A stretch of 64,000 nucleotides of DNA from Streptosporangiaceae bacterium (GTDB lineage: Bacteria; Actinomycetota; Actinomycetes; Streptosporangiales; Streptosporangiaceae), in NCBI GenBank assembly GCA_025964715.1, contig JAOPYH010000305.1:7485-71484 (forward strand), written 5' to 3'. Made by a program: the position numbers and the translations under genes. Of the stretch, positions 38,588-49,272 are shown piece after piece (the stretch's first letter is position 1; each line of letters starts with the position of its first letter). The notes under the pieces were generated by a model. That model was not told where the DNA came from. It did not search any database and saw nothing but the letters and a program-made list of their open reading frames with translations.

Positions 38588-39581
38588 CGTAGACCTCCTC
38601 GGCGAAGTGACAGGCGGCCGAGTGCTCACCCGAGCCGACCCGGGCCGGCGCCGGCCGGTCGCGCGTGCAGATCTCCTCGGCGCGGGGACAGCGCGGCGCG
38701 AACGGGCAGCCCGCGGGCAGGGCGGCGGGATCGGGCGGCGAGCCCTTGATGGGCACCAGCGGCTCACCCCCGCGGTCCAGCCGGGGTACAGACCGGAGCA
38801 GCCCCACGGTGTACGGGTGGGCCGGGCGCCGGTAGAGCTCGCGTACGGGAGCCTCCTCGACCGCGGACCCCGCGTACATCACGACGATCCGGTCGGCCAC
38901 GCCGGCCACGACGCCGAGGTCGTGGGTGATGAGGACCAGGCCCATGTTCATCTCGTCCTGCAGCTCGCGGAGCAGCCGCATGATCTGCGCCTGTACGGTC
39001 ACGTCCAGCGCGGTCGTCGGCTCGTCGGCGATGAGCACGTCGGGTTCGAGCGCGAGCGCCATGGCGATCATGACGCGCTGGCGCATGCCGCCGGAGAACT
39101 GGTGCGGGTAGTCGTCGAGCCGCTGCCGGGCCGAGGGGATGCGCACCCGGTCCATCAGCTCGACCGCCTCGGCCCGGGCCGCCTTGCGGCGCATGCCGCG
39201 GTGGACCTGGAACATCTCCGAGATCTGGTCGCCCACGGTGAAGACCGGGTTCAGCGCGCTGAGCGCGTCCTGGAAGATCATCGCGATCCGGTCGCCGCGC
39301 AGCCGGCGGCGCCGCCGCTCCGGGAGGGCGAGCAGATCCTCGCCGCGCAGGCGCACCGCTCCCCGGCTGACGCGGGCCGGCGGGCTGTCCAGGATGCCCA
39401 TGACCGCCTGCGCGGCGACGCTCTTGCCCGATCCCGACTCGCCCAGGATGGCGAGCGTCTCGCCCTCGGCAAGGGTGTAGGACAGCCCGTTCACCGCCCG
39501 TACGGTCGAGTCACGCACCCGGAACTCGACGTGCAGGTCCTGCACTTCCAGCAGCGGCGGCCTGGTCTCTTCCATGCTCAC
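38571..39581 (-). CDS. Oligopeptide ABC transporter ATP-binding protein (OppD/DppD)
   Basis: [33 protein letters not shown]. Confidence 0.93.
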   Translation of the reverse strand: MSMEETRPPLLEVQDLHVEFRVRDSTVRAVNGLSYTLAEGETLAILGESGSGKSVAAQAVMGILDSPPARVSRGAVRLRGEDLLALPERRRRRLRGDRIAMIFQDALSALNPVFTVGDQISEMFQVHRGMRRKAARAEAVELMDRVRIPSARQRLDDYPHQFSGGMRQRVMIAMALALEPDVLIADEPTTALDVTVQAQIMRLLRELQDEMNMGLVLITHDLGVVAGVADRIVVMYAGSAVEEAPVRELYRRPAHPYTVGLLRSVPRLDRGGEPLVPIKGSPPDPAALPAGCPFAPRCPRAEEICTRDRPAPARVGSGEHSAACHFAEEVYGAVSQ

Positions 39582-39585
39582 GTGG

Positions 39586-40527
39586 TCACCGCAGCTTCGG
39601 GTCGAGGGCATCGCGGACGGCGTCGCCGAGCATGAGGAAGCTCAGTACCGTCGCCGACAGGAACACGGCGGGGAAGATCAGCAGGTGCGGGTGGTCGACG
39701 AAGAACGACTGCGCGACGTTCAGCTGAAGGCCCCAGGAGACCTGCGGATACTGCAGGCCGACGCCGAGGAAGTCCAGCGTCGCCTCACCGGAGATGACGT
39801 TGCCGACGTTCAGCATGGCGACCACGATGACCGGCGCGATGGCGTTGGGCAGGATGTGCCGGACCATGATGCGCAGGTCCGAGGCCCCGAGCAGCCGCGC
39901 CGCCTGGACATAGTCGGCGTCCTTCACGGCGAGGACCTGTGCCCGCATGATGCGGATCATGGTGGTCCAGCCCAGCAGCACGAGGACCATCGTCATCGCG
40001 CCGATGCCGTGACCGGGGAAGGCGACCAGGATCACCGTGGCGCCGAGCACGAACGGCAGGCCGAAGAAGACGTCGGTGAGCCGCGCGATCACCACGTCCA
40101 GCACCCCGCCGTAGTAGCCGCCGAGCAACCCGAAGACCACCGAGATCAGCATGGCGAACAGGGTCACCGCGACACCGATCAGCAGGGTGGGCCGGGCTCC
40201 GTGGACCACCTGCGCGTAGTAGTCGCAGCCGGACAGGTCCATCCCGAACGGATGGCCGCCACTCGGGTGGATCTTCGAAAGGTTCGGGTCGCAGCCCTGG
40301 TTCTTCTCGACGCCGGTGAAGACCCCCGGCACGGCGGCCATCAAGGCCACCAGCAGGAGCATCGCGGCCGAGCCCCAGAAGAGCCAGCGCCGCCGCAGGT
40401 CCCGCCAGGCGTCGTTCCACAGGGAGGCCGAGCGGCCCGCCAGGCTGCCGCCGGCCCCGGCCACGGTCGCCGCCGCGGTGCCCGGGGCGCCCGCGCCGGC
40501 CGGCGTCTCGGTGCCGGTCTCAGTCAT
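39586..40527 (-). CDS. Oligopeptide ABC permease (OppC/DppC)
   Basis: HPFGMD, YVQAARLLGAS..RHILPN, LGDAVRDALDP. Confidence 0.93.
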   Translation of the reverse strand: MTETGTETPAGAGAPGTAAATVAGAGGSLAGRSASLWNDAWRDLRRRWLFWGSAAMLLLVALMAAVPGVFTGVEKNQGCDPNLSKIHPSGGHPFGMDLSGCDYYAQVVHGARPTLLIGVAVTLFAMLISVVFGLLGGYYGGVLDVVIARLTDVFFGLPFVLGATVILVAFPGHGIGAMTMVLVLLGWTTMIRIMRAQVLAVKDADYVQAARLLGASDLRIMVRHILPNAIAPVIVVAMLNVGNVISGEATLDFLGVGLQYPQVSWGLQLNVAQSFFVDHPHLLIFPAVFLSATVLSFLMLGDAVRDALDPKLR

Positions 40528-41446
40528 GACGGATCCTCGGGTCGAGCACGCCGTACAGCAGGTCGACGACCAGGTTCACCAGCAGGAAGATCAGTACGAG
40601 CAGGGTGGTGGCACCCACCACGACCGGGCCCTCCTTGAGCTGGATCGACTGGAAGACCTGCTGGCCGACGCCCGGGAGGTTGAAGATCCCCTCGGTGACG
40701 ATCGCGCCTCCCATGAGGTTGCCGAAGTCGACTCCCAGAAAGGTGACCACGGGGATCAGGGAGTTGCGGAGCGTGTGCCTCCCGATCACCCGTACCCGGC
40801 TGAGGCCCTTGGCGTGCGCGGTCCGGACATAGTCCGCCCGCAGGTTCTCGGCCAGGCTCGTACGGGTGAGCCGGGCGACGTAGGACAGGCCCAGCGACCC
40901 GAGCACGATGCCGGGGAGCAGATAGCTCATCGGCCAGCCGTCGTCGGTCCCGGCTGTGGGAAAGATGGGCCAGTGCAGGCCGAACAGGATCTGCGCGGTG
41001 TAACCGAGGACGAAGACCGGGATGGCGATGACGAGCGTCGTGCCGCCGAGCACCAGCGTGTCCGCCAGCTTGCCGCGCCGGAGGCCGGCCCACACCCCCA
41101 GTGCGATGCCGAGCGCCAGCTCGAAGACCCAGGCGGTGACCGCGAGCTGGGCGGTCACCGCCCAGCGGCCGCTGAGCACCTGCGACACGGCCTGACCGTC
41201 GAAGGTCTCGCCGAGGTCGCCCCGGAAGAGGCCGAAGAGGTACTTGCCGTACTGCACCAGCAGCGGATCATCGAGGTTGTAGTGCCGCCGCAGGGCGTGC
41301 ACGACCGACGGCGACAGCGGCTTCTCCCCGGCGAGCGCCTGAATCGGGTCGCCCGGCAGTGCGAACACCAGCGCATAGATCAGGAACGTCGTGCCGAAGA
41401 AGACGGGGATCGCCTGGAGCAGGCGCCGTAGGACGTAGCGCCACAT
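40520..41446 (-). CDS. Oligopeptide ABC permease (OppB/DppB)
   Basis: YVLRRLL, LPGDP, DYVRTAHAKGL, HTLRNSLIP, LDPRIR. Confidence 0.93.
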   Translation of the reverse strand: MWRYVLRRLLQAIPVFFGTTFLIYALVFALPGDPIQALAGEKPLSPSVVHALRRHYNLDDPLLVQYGKYLFGLFRGDLGETFDGQAVSQVLSGRWAVTAQLAVTAWVFELALGIALGVWAGLRRGKLADTLVLGGTTLVIAIPVFVLGYTAQILFGLHWPIFPTAGTDDGWPMSYLLPGIVLGSLGLSYVARLTRTSLAENLRADYVRTAHAKGLSRVRVIGRHTLRNSLIPVVTFLGVDFGNLMGGAIVTEGIFNLPGVGQQVFQSIQLKEGPVVVGATTLLVLIFLLVNLVVDLLYGVLDPRIRHD

Positions 41447-41448
41447 CG

Positions 41449-43053
41449 CTATTTGACGGTCACTTCGTAGGCGAGGAGTCCGATGGCGAATGGGGTGATC
41501 GTGACATTGTCCACGCGCGCGGACCGTCCGCCCTGACCCTGCCAGTTCCACAGCGGCATCAGCGGGAGCTCACGGAGCGCGACGTCCTCGGCCTGGTTGT
41601 AGAACTTCAGGCCCTCGGCCTCGCTGGCGGCCGTGTTGCCCTTGGCGATGAGCTGGTTGAACTCGTCGGCGGGGGCGCCCTTCCAGCCCATGCGGTTGGC
41701 GGGGCCCCACTGCGGCTCCAGGTAGTTCTGGGCGCTCGGGTAGTCGGCCTCCCAGTTCTGCCGGTAGGGGCCGGTCTCCTTTTTGTCCGTCAGCAGGGTC
41801 AGATAGTCCGAGACCGGGATCTTGCGGAACTGGATGTCGGTGATGCCGAGGTTCTGCTTGAGCTCGTTCGCCACGATCTGCATCCACTGCTCATAGGCCG
41901 GCTGGGCGTTGGAGAAGTACAGCTGCAGGCTCCCCTTGAAGCCGCCCGCCTTGTCGAACAGCTGCTTGGCCTTGACCGGGTCGTAGGTGCACGTCTCACC
42001 GCAGGCACCCGGCCGGTGGCCCTTGATCATTGAGGGCAGCAGTGAGTCCGCCGGGGTGTAGGTGCCGTTGAAGACCGCATTGATGATGCCCTTGCGGTCG
42101 ATCGCCATCGAGAAGGCCTTGCGCAGGCCGGGGCTGGCGAAGCGCTTGTCCCACAGCGGGAAGCCGAGGTAGTCGAAGGTGCCGGTCTGCCTGACGAGAA
42201 ACCGGTCGCCCAGCAGGCGCTTGGCCTCCGGGGCCTTCGCGGCCGGGATCGTCTGCATCACGTCGATCCGGCCGGCCCGCAGGTCGGTGTAGGCGGTGTC
42301 GGCGCTGGAGTAACTCTTCCAGGTGACACCCTTGTTCTTGGGCTTGCGCGGCCCGGTATAGCCGGGGAAGGTCACCAGCTTGATCTGCTGGTTGTGCTGC
42401 CAGTCGCCGCTCATCATGTACGGCCCGTTGCCGACCGGATGGTCGTCGAAGGCCTTCAGGTCCTTGAAGGCGGCCTTCGGCAGCGGCGCGAAGGCCGGAT
42501 AGGTGAGCAGCAGCGGGAACTGGCTGAACGGCGCGTTCAGCGTGATCTGCAGCGTGCCGTCGTCGACGACCTTGAGGCCGGACAGTTTGCCGGCCTTTGG
42601 TGTGGCCTTGGAATCCGCGGGGTTGAGGTCGCCGTAGCCCTTGATTTGCTCGAAGTAGGAGTTCGCCTCGAATCCGTTGGGCCCATAGGCGGCGTGGTTC
42701 CACGCGTCGGCGAAGCTGGCGGCGGTCACCGGCTCGCCGTTGTGGAACTTCTGCCCGGCACGGATTTTGATCGTCCAGGTGGTCTGGTCCTTGGAGGTGA
42801 CCGACTCCGCCGCCTGGTTGAAAGTGGCGCCGGTCTTGTCGAGGCCGACGAGGTTGTCGAACAGGTCCGAGAGGACCTCGAAGGAGTAGCTGCTCGTGGT
42901 GTTGCCGGGCACCAGGTGGTCGGGCTCGGAGTGACCGACCTTAAAGGTGCCGTCGCTGGACCTGTTGCCGGTCCCGCCGCCACAGGCGGCCACGGCGAGC
43001 GCCACCGCGGTCAGCCCCGCGGCGCAGCGCGCCGCTGCGTTCAGCCTGGTCAT
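41449..43053 (-). CDS. Peptide ABC substrate-binding lipoprotein (OppA/DppA family 5)
   Basis: Lipobox VAAC, KFHNGEPVTA, PVGNGPY, AIDR. Confidence 0.92.
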   Translation of the reverse strand: MTRLNAAARCAAGLTAVALAVAACGGGTGNRSSDGTFKVGHSEPDHLVPGNTTSSYSFEVLSDLFDNLVGLDKTGATFNQAAESVTSKDQTTWTIKIRAGQKFHNGEPVTAASFADAWNHAAYGPNGFEANSYFEQIKGYGDLNPADSKATPKAGKLSGLKVVDDGTLQITLNAPFSQFPLLLTYPAFAPLPKAAFKDLKAFDDHPVGNGPYMMSGDWQHNQQIKLVTFPGYTGPRKPKNKGVTWKSYSSADTAYTDLRAGRIDVMQTIPAAKAPEAKRLLGDRFLVRQTGTFDYLGFPLWDKRFASPGLRKAFSMAIDRKGIINAVFNGTYTPADSLLPSMIKGHRPGACGETCTYDPVKAKQLFDKAGGFKGSLQLYFSNAQPAYEQWMQIVANELKQNLGITDIQFRKIPVSDYLTLLTDKKETGPYRQNWEADYPSAQNYLEPQWGPANRMGWKGAPADEFNQLIAKGNTAASEAEGLKFYNQAEDVALRELPLMPLWNWQGQGGRSARVDNVTITPFAIGLLAYEVTVK

Positions 43054-43218
43054 GGTCCTCCTACGCCAATGAGGTCGCGCCGGACACAGCGCGCTGCTGG
43101 GATGCTTCACCCTGGGGAACGCGTTCCGGTACCGGCCAGTGAAGATCGTCACCGTATCGAGATCCACCGGCGCTAATGTCCGCGTCCACCGCCACGGCTT
43201 CAATGAGGGGAACCAGCC

Positions 43219-44049
43219 TTGCACGTCTTGGTCAGTGCCGACATGGAAGGCGCCACCGGGGTCACCGCGCCCCTGGACGTCGAGCCCGGCTCCGAGCAGT
43301 GGAATCGGTTCCGCCGGCTGCTGACCGGAGACGTCAACGCCGCCATCGACGGCCTGCTGGCGGGCGGCGCCACGGAGGTCGTCGTCAACGAGGCGCACGC
43401 CGGCCAGCGGAACGTGCTCCTCGAGGAGCTGGACCCGCGCGCCTCCATGATCACCGGCCGGCACAAACCGCTGGCCATGCTGCAGGGCATCAAGGACGCG
43501 GACGCGGTGGTCTTCCTCGGCTATCACACCGGGGCGGGCGAGCGGGGCGTGCTCGCGCACACCTACATGTGGACAGGCCTGCAGGCGCTGCGGATCAACG
43601 GCTCAACCGCGAGCGAGGGACGGATGAACGCGCTCCTGGCGGCCGAAGGAGGCGTGCCCGTCGTGCTGTTCACCGGTGACGATCTCGCCTGCGCGGACGC
43701 GGAGACCTACGCGCCCGGAGCGGAGCGCGTGCCGGTGAAGTTCTGTGTCAGCCGCTACGCCGCCCGGTGCCTGCCGCCGTCGCGGACCGCCGAGCTGATC
43801 CGGGACGCCGCCCAGCGGGCGCTCTCGCGCGGTCCGCTGCCCGAGCCGGAGGCCCCGGCAGGGCCGTTCCGCTTCGAGGTCGAGTTCAGCGCCACGCACC
43901 TCGCCGACGCGGTCACGGTGATCCCCGGGGTCGAGCTGACCGACGACCGTACGGTCGCCTACACACAGCCGACCATGATGGAGGCCGTGCGGTGCTTCCG
44001 CGCGGTGACCGCGCTCGCGGGCTCGGCCAAGGAGGCCCCCTTTGACTGA
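43219..44049 (+). CDS. M55 family D-aminopeptidase (DppA-type)
   Basis: SADMEG, NEAH, LGYH, LAHTY and TGDD motifs; TTG start after GAGGGG. Confidence 0.92.
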   Translation: MHVLVSADMEGATGVTAPLDVEPGSEQWNRFRRLLTGDVNAAIDGLLAGGATEVVVNEAHAGQRNVLLEELDPRASMITGRHKPLAMLQGIKDADAVVFLGYHTGAGERGVLAHTYMWTGLQALRINGSTASEGRMNALLAAEGGVPVVLFTGDDLACADAETYAPGAERVPVKFCVSRYAARCLPPSRTAELIRDAAQRALSRGPLPEPEAPAGPFRFEVEFSATHLADAVTVIPGVELTDDRTVAYTQPTMMEAVRCFRAVTALAGSAKEAPFD

Positions 44050-45379
44050 GCGCGGCTGGAGTGGGCACGCTGAGGCCGGCGGCAGCGCCGCGGACGAGGT
44101 CGCGGAGATCTGCTCCGACCTGATCCGCATCGACACCACCAACGAGGGCCAAGGCCGCGGCCGCCCCGAGCGGCCGGCCGCCGAACACGTCGCCGCGCTG
44201 CTCGACGAGGTCGGCGTCACGCCCACCATCGTGGAGTCCGCGCCGGGGCGCTCGAGCGTGCTGGCGCGCATCACCGGAACCGAGCCGTCCCGCCCGGCCT
44301 TCCTCATGCACGGCCACCTCGACGTCGTGCCGGCGGACCCGGCGGACTGGGCGGTCAACCCGTTCTCCGGCGAGGTCCGCGACGGCAACGTCTGGGGCCG
44401 CGGCGCGGTCGACATGAAGGGCAGCGTGGCCATGATGCTGGCGGTCGTACGCCGGCGGATGCGCGAGGGCCGGCTGACCGGCGGGGACCTGGTGCTGGCC
44501 TTCCTCGCCGACGAGGAGTCCACCGGCGACTTCGGCTCCCGCCATGTCGTCGAGCGACACCGGGACTTCCTGACCGGCTGCACCGAGGCGATCAGCGAGT
44601 CCGGCGGCTTCAGCGTCACCGCCGACGGCGGCGAGCGGATCTATCCGATCGCCACGGGGGAGCGCGGCACCGCCTGGATGAACCTCACCGTACGGGGAGT
44701 CGCCGGTCACGGCTCCAAGCCCCCGAAGGACAACCCGGTCGCCGAGCTGAGTCACGCGATCTCGCGCCTGGCGGCGTACGAGTGGCCGGTGCGGCTGACC
44801 CCGGCCGTACGAGCGTTGCTCGACGGCCTGGCCAGGGCCCTCGGCACGGCTTTGGATCACGACCGGCTCGACGCCGAGGTGCGCCGGCTCGGCGCCATCG
44901 GGCGGCTGTTCGAGAGCACGATCCGCAACTCCGCCAACCCGACAGTGCTGGAGGCGGGATACAAGGTCAATGTGATCCCGGGCCAGGCGACCGCGCAGGT
45001 GGACGGACGGTTCCTGCCCGGCACCGGGCAGGAGTTCCTGGAGACCGTCGAGCGCCTGCTCGGCCCCGAGGTCACCCGCGAGTTCATCAACTTCGAGGAG
45101 GCCGCGGCGGCCGACGCGCGGGGTCCGACCTTCGCGGCTCTCGCGGACGCGATCCGCGCCGAGGACCCGCAGGCCCACCCGGTGCCCTATGTCATGTCCG
45201 GAGGCACCGACGGCAAGTCCTTCGCCCGCCTGGGCATCAGCGGCTTCGGGTTCGCGCCGCTCATGCTCCCGCCGGACCTGGACTATTTCGGGATGTTCCA
45301 CGGCGTGGACGAACGGGTCCCCGTGGAAGGCCTGAAGTTCGGCACCCGGGTCCTGGACCGATTTCTGGACACGCGCTGA
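44042..45379 (+). CDS. M20/M25/M40 family metallo-hydrolase
   Basis: HGHLDVVP, GRGAVDMKG, ADEE, GGTD, FHGVDE. Confidence 0.92.
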   Translation: MTERGWSGHAEAGGSAADEVAEICSDLIRIDTTNEGQGRGRPERPAAEHVAALLDEVGVTPTIVESAPGRSSVLARITGTEPSRPAFLMHGHLDVVPADPADWAVNPFSGEVRDGNVWGRGAVDMKGSVAMMLAVVRRRMREGRLTGGDLVLAFLADEESTGDFGSRHVVERHRDFLTGCTEAISESGGFSVTADGGERIYPIATGERGTAWMNLTVRGVAGHGSKPPKDNPVAELSHAISRLAAYEWPVRLTPAVRALLDGLARALGTALDHDRLDAEVRRLGAIGRLFESTIRNSANPTVLEAGYKVNVIPGQATAQVDGRFLPGTGQEFLETVERLLGPEVTREFINFEEAAAADARGPTFAALADAIRAEDPQAHPVPYVMSGGTDGKSFARLGISGFGFAPLMLPPDLDYFGMFHGVDERVPVEGLKFGTRVLDRFLDTR

Positions 45380-45392
45380 GGATGCGACGGGT

Positions 45393-46838
45393 TCAGGAGT
45401 CGGCGAGGATCTTGAGCTCCTCCAGCGCGTCCCGCAGATAGTCGATGAGCTCCCACACGTCGGGCACCAGGTCCGGGCAGGCCACGATGCCGATGTCCAG
45501 GCTGCCGTCGTAGGAGAACACGGTGATGTTCAGGCCACCGGTCAGATCGCTGATCACTGAGGCCGGGTGGTAGGACAGCATCCGTGCGCCGCAGATGTAG
45601 AGCGGTGTCCGCGGTCCGGGCACGTTCGAGATCATCAGGTTGACCGGCTGGACCAGCGCGGGGGCCAGCTGCAGGGCGAAGCGCGTCGCCAGGCCCGAGA
45701 ACGTGCCCGGCATGATCCCGCAGAGCTCCTCGAACCAGCCGCCCGCGGAGGCCGACACGAACCGGCGCTTGACCGTGCGCATGGAGTCTCGTACGGTCTC
45801 GAACCGCTCCCGGGGGTCGTCGAGGTGCGTGGGGAGCGGCGCGATCATGGCCGAGAGCCGGTTGGCGCCGTCGCGGCCCGTGCCGCCCCTGCGCAGTGAC
45901 ACCGGGACGGCCGCCACGAGTGGGTGGTCCGGCAGGGCGTCCCGCTTGACGAGCCAGCGCCGCAGTGCGGTGGCGCACATCGCCATGACGACGTCGTTGA
46001 GGCTGACGCCGAAGGCACGGCGCGCCAGCCGGATGTCGCTCAGCGGTAGCGATCCGTAGGCGAAGCTCCGGCGCGCTCCGATGGGTCCGTTGAACGGGGC
46101 GCGGGGCGGGCTCAACCGGGCGAGCCTCGGCATCCTGTCGCGCCGCAGCACGCCTTGCACGGCCCGCGCCACCAGGTCTGCGCCCGGTGCCTGTCCGACG
46201 ACGGGGATCTGGTCGAGGTAGGCGGTGGTGCGGGCCACGGATCGAGCAGCCCGGAACGGATGGAGCGCGGCCTTGGCGAGCCCGGTCCCGAGCATGGCCA
46301 TCTGGCTGGGCGCCAGTTCCGGCGCGGTGTCCGGAGGCGCCGGGACCTGGCGTGGGTCCGGGCCGATGTCCAGCAGCGCGGCGAGCAGCTCGACCGCGAG
46401 CACGCCGTCGATGGCCGCGTGGTGGACCTTGGCGAACAGGGCCGCGCGGCCGCCCTGGAGACCCTGCACGAGGTAGAGCTCCCAGAGCGGCCGCCGCCGG
46501 TCGAGAGGGCGCTCGTGCAGTCGCGCGATCTCCTCACCCAGCTGCAGGTCCGTGCCCGGCGCGGGCAGACCCACCTCGTGCACGTGCCACGACGGGTCGA
46601 AACCGGTGTCCTCGGTCCAGTAGGGCCGATCAATGCCGAACGGGGCTCCGGACAGCTTGCGGCGCATCGGCTTGGCCAGGTGGGCTCGCTGCCGTACGAG
46701 CTCGACGACCGCCTCACGGGTCAGCGTTTCCCCGGGACACCCCAGCGGGTCAACGATCCCGAGCCCGCCGATGTGCGCGAAGGTCCGGGCGCTCTCGACA
46801 TGCAGGAAGTTGGTGTCCACTGCGGTCAGCTGACTCAT
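45393..46838 (-). CDS. Wax ester/triacylglycerol synthase (WS/DGAT)
   Basis: PLWE, catalytic HHAAIDG, SLNDVV, ISNVPGP. Confidence 0.93.
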   Translation of the reverse strand: MSQLTAVDTNFLHVESARTFAHIGGLGIVDPLGCPGETLTREAVVELVRQRAHLAKPMRRKLSGAPFGIDRPYWTEDTGFDPSWHVHEVGLPAPGTDLQLGEEIARLHERPLDRRRPLWELYLVQGLQGGRAALFAKVHHAAIDGVLAVELLAALLDIGPDPRQVPAPPDTAPELAPSQMAMLGTGLAKAALHPFRAARSVARTTAYLDQIPVVGQAPGADLVARAVQGVLRRDRMPRLARLSPPRAPFNGPIGARRSFAYGSLPLSDIRLARRAFGVSLNDVVMAMCATALRRWLVKRDALPDHPLVAAVPVSLRRGGTGRDGANRLSAMIAPLPTHLDDPRERFETVRDSMRTVKRRFVSASAGGWFEELCGIMPGTFSGLATRFALQLAPALVQPVNLMISNVPGPRTPLYICGARMLSYHPASVISDLTGGLNITVFSYDGSLDIGIVACPDLVPDVWELIDYLRDALEELKILADS

Positions 46839-47005
46839 GTGAGGCCCCCACGACTCGTAACGCGCACAACCATCCTCATCTCCAATTACGCAGTACCGGA
46901 CGGTAGATCAATAGAGATGGGGAGGATGTAACGCCGACTTAGCGCGGCTTTGACGGCACCCGGCCGCCGCGCCCGGCGCGCGGCTCGTCACTAAGCTCAG
47001 CGGCC

Positions 47006-47683
47006 ATGGCGATACGTCCTCTGAACGACATCGTGGAACCCGGCTGGGCGGGGGCGCTGGAGCCGGTCGCGGAGCGGATCGCCGCGATGGGTGACTTCCT
47101 GCGGGCCGAGGTCGCGGCGGGCCGCCGCTACCTGCCCGCGGGGGCGCACGTGCTCCGCGCGTTCCAGCGGCCCTTCGCCGACGTGCGGGTGCTGATCGTC
47201 GGGCAGGACCCCTACCCGACGCCGGGCCACGCGGTCGGGCTGAGCTTCTCGGTCGCCCCGGACGTACGGCCGCTGCCGGGCAGCCTGGTGAACATCTTCC
47301 GGGAGTACGGCGAGGACCTCGGATATCCCCAGCCCGGCAACGGAGACCTCACCCCGTGGACCGAGCGCGGCGTGCTGCTGCTCAACCGGGCGCTCACCGT
47401 CGCGCCTCGCAGGCCCGCGTCGCACCGCGGCAAGGGCTGGGAGGAGATCACCGAGCAGGCCATCCGGGCGCTGGCCGCGCGCGGCACCCCGCTCGTGGCC
47501 ATCCTGTGGGGCCGTGACGCCCGGAACCTGCGGCCGCTGCTCGAGGGCGTGCCCTGCATCGAGTCGGCTCACCCCAGTCCGATGTCGGCCGACCGCGGGT
47601 TCTTCGGCTCGCGTCCCTTCAGCACGTCCGGCCGGCTCCTGGAGCAACAGGGTGCCCAGCCGATCGACTGGAAGCTCCCGTGA
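47006..47683 (+). CDS. ung: Uracil-DNA glycosylase family 1
   Basis: GQDPYP, GVLLLN, ILWG, HPSPMS. Confidence 0.95.
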   Translation: MAIRPLNDIVEPGWAGALEPVAERIAAMGDFLRAEVAAGRRYLPAGAHVLRAFQRPFADVRVLIVGQDPYPTPGHAVGLSFSVAPDVRPLPGSLVNIFREYGEDLGYPQPGNGDLTPWTERGVLLLNRALTVAPRRPASHRGKGWEEITEQAIRALAARGTPLVAILWGRDARNLRPLLEGVPCIESAHPSPMSADRGFFGSRPFSTSGRLLEQQGAQPIDWKLP

Positions 47684-47841
47684 CCCGCTGCTGCGGCTCA
47701 TCGGTGTGCGCTCCTTGGTGGATGGCGTAGCCGGGCCCCGATCGCGGCCGCCCGGCTCAACGCCGGCAAGGCGCTCCACCAGGCTCCGCCGGCCCTGCTG
47801 AGGTCCTGAGCCGGCCGGCGGACGGTGGCCGGGGCGGCCCC

Positions 47842-48657
47842 TCAGGCCTTGCGGGCACGCAGGGAGTACATCAACGGGACGCGGGGCCGGTCGGCGGGCT
47901 GGCGGTAGGTTCCGTCGTCCTGCCGGTCCAGGCTCTTGAAGCGCTCGAAGAGAGTGAAGTCGTGCTCATGCAGGAACTCCAGCCGCAGGCCCGCGCCGGT
48001 GATCGCGGTCAGGACCGCGCCGAGCGGGCGCTCGAACTCGACCGAGGTGTTGTGCTCGGTCGGCGCGGTGAGGTCGGCGTAGGTGCCGGGCTCGTTCCAC
48101 ACGCGCGGGTCCGCGTCGAAATAGTCGAGAGCGACAGTGCGGCCCTGGTCGTCGTCCAGCATGTTGGCGACGGGATGGAACTCGGCGAGGTAAAGGAAGC
48201 CGCCCGGAGCCAGTAGCGAGGCGATGACCTGCGCCCAGCGGTCCACGTCGGGGAGCCAGTTGAGCGCGCCCAGCCCGGTGTAGACGACGTCGTAGCCCGC
48301 ACGGCTGCCGGGGCCCAGTGCCTCCATCGCGTCGTACACGTCGGCGACCACGAACCGGGAGTCCAGCCCGAGCTCGCCGGTGAGCGTCCGGGCCTGCTCG
48401 ATCGCGGGTGCGGAGAAGTCCAGCCCGGTCACCCGCGCACCCCGCCGGGCCCACGACAGCGTGTCAAGGCCGAAGTGGCACTGCAGGTGCACGAGCCGGC
48501 TGCCGGCCACGTCACCGACCTCGTCGATCTCGAACTCGCGCAGAGTCTCGCGGCCGGCCCGGAAACCCGCCAGGTCGTAGAAGGGGCTGGAGACGTGGAT
48601 CGGGACCCGCTCGTCCCACAGCGCCTTATTGATCTCGTGCCAGTCTGCATGGGTCAC
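47842..48657 (-). CDS. Class I SAM-dependent methyltransferase
   Basis: LVHLQCHFG, TGLDFS, YDVVYT, LAPGGFLYLAEFHP. Confidence 0.9.
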   Translation of the reverse strand: MTHADWHEINKALWDERVPIHVSSPFYDLAGFRAGRETLREFEIDEVGDVAGSRLVHLQCHFGLDTLSWARRGARVTGLDFSAPAIEQARTLTGELGLDSRFVVADVYDAMEALGPGSRAGYDVVYTGLGALNWLPDVDRWAQVIASLLAPGGFLYLAEFHPVANMLDDDQGRTVALDYFDADPRVWNEPGTYADLTAPTEHNTSVEFERPLGAVLTAITGAGLRLEFLHEHDFTLFERFKSLDRQDDGTYRQPADRPRVPLMYSLRARKA

Positions 48658-48789
48658 GGGGGCGACGGTAACGCGGCGGCCGTCCGCAGGGCACCGGGGT
48701 GAATTAGGACACTGGCCGGAACACGGGATTCGGCTCCTATCGTTGTTGCGGTGCGCAACATCCGCACGACCAGCCGGGAGGAGAGCCGA

Positions 48790-49125
48790 GTGAAGATTCC
48801 CAAGCACGTCAATACGGTTTGGGATTGGGTGGACGACCACATTCGACTCCTCGCGATCATTGTGGCCTTGGCGGCCGCGGCCGCGGCGGGACTGTGGCTG
48901 CCCATACTCTCGGCGTTCGTCCTCGGTGCCGCTCTCGGGGGGCTCGCCATCCATTCGCGCATGAGCAGGCGCACCACGCGGCTCAGGGCGGAGGTCGACG
49001 ACCTCCTGCGGGAGAACGGGTCGCTGCGCCACGAGAACAACATGCTCATCGGCGGCGTGATCTCCGCCCAGATGCTGGTGACCCAGCGGCTCCCGGTCAT
49101 CACCGCCGATCCCGGCGAAGAGTAG
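48790..49125 (+). CDS. Small membrane protein with coiled-coil tail
   Basis: GGAGG RBS, TM hairpin, LRAEVDDLLRENGSLRHE heptads. Confidence 0.65.
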   Translation: MKIPKHVNTVWDWVDDHIRLLAIIVALAAAAAAGLWLPILSAFVLGAALGGLAIHSRMSRRTTRLRAEVDDLLRENGSLRHENNMLIGGVISAQMLVTQRLPVITADPGEE

Positions 49126-49272
49126 GCGCGCGCCCGGCCGTCGCCGGACGCTGCGCTTGGCGGGCCGCCGGCCACACGGCTGACCCGCGTACGGCCTCAC
49201 GGCCGTAGAGACCAACCGCGGTTAGCCTGAAGACCGAAGAGACCAGGCGCGGAGTGGCGAGTAGGGGAGACG

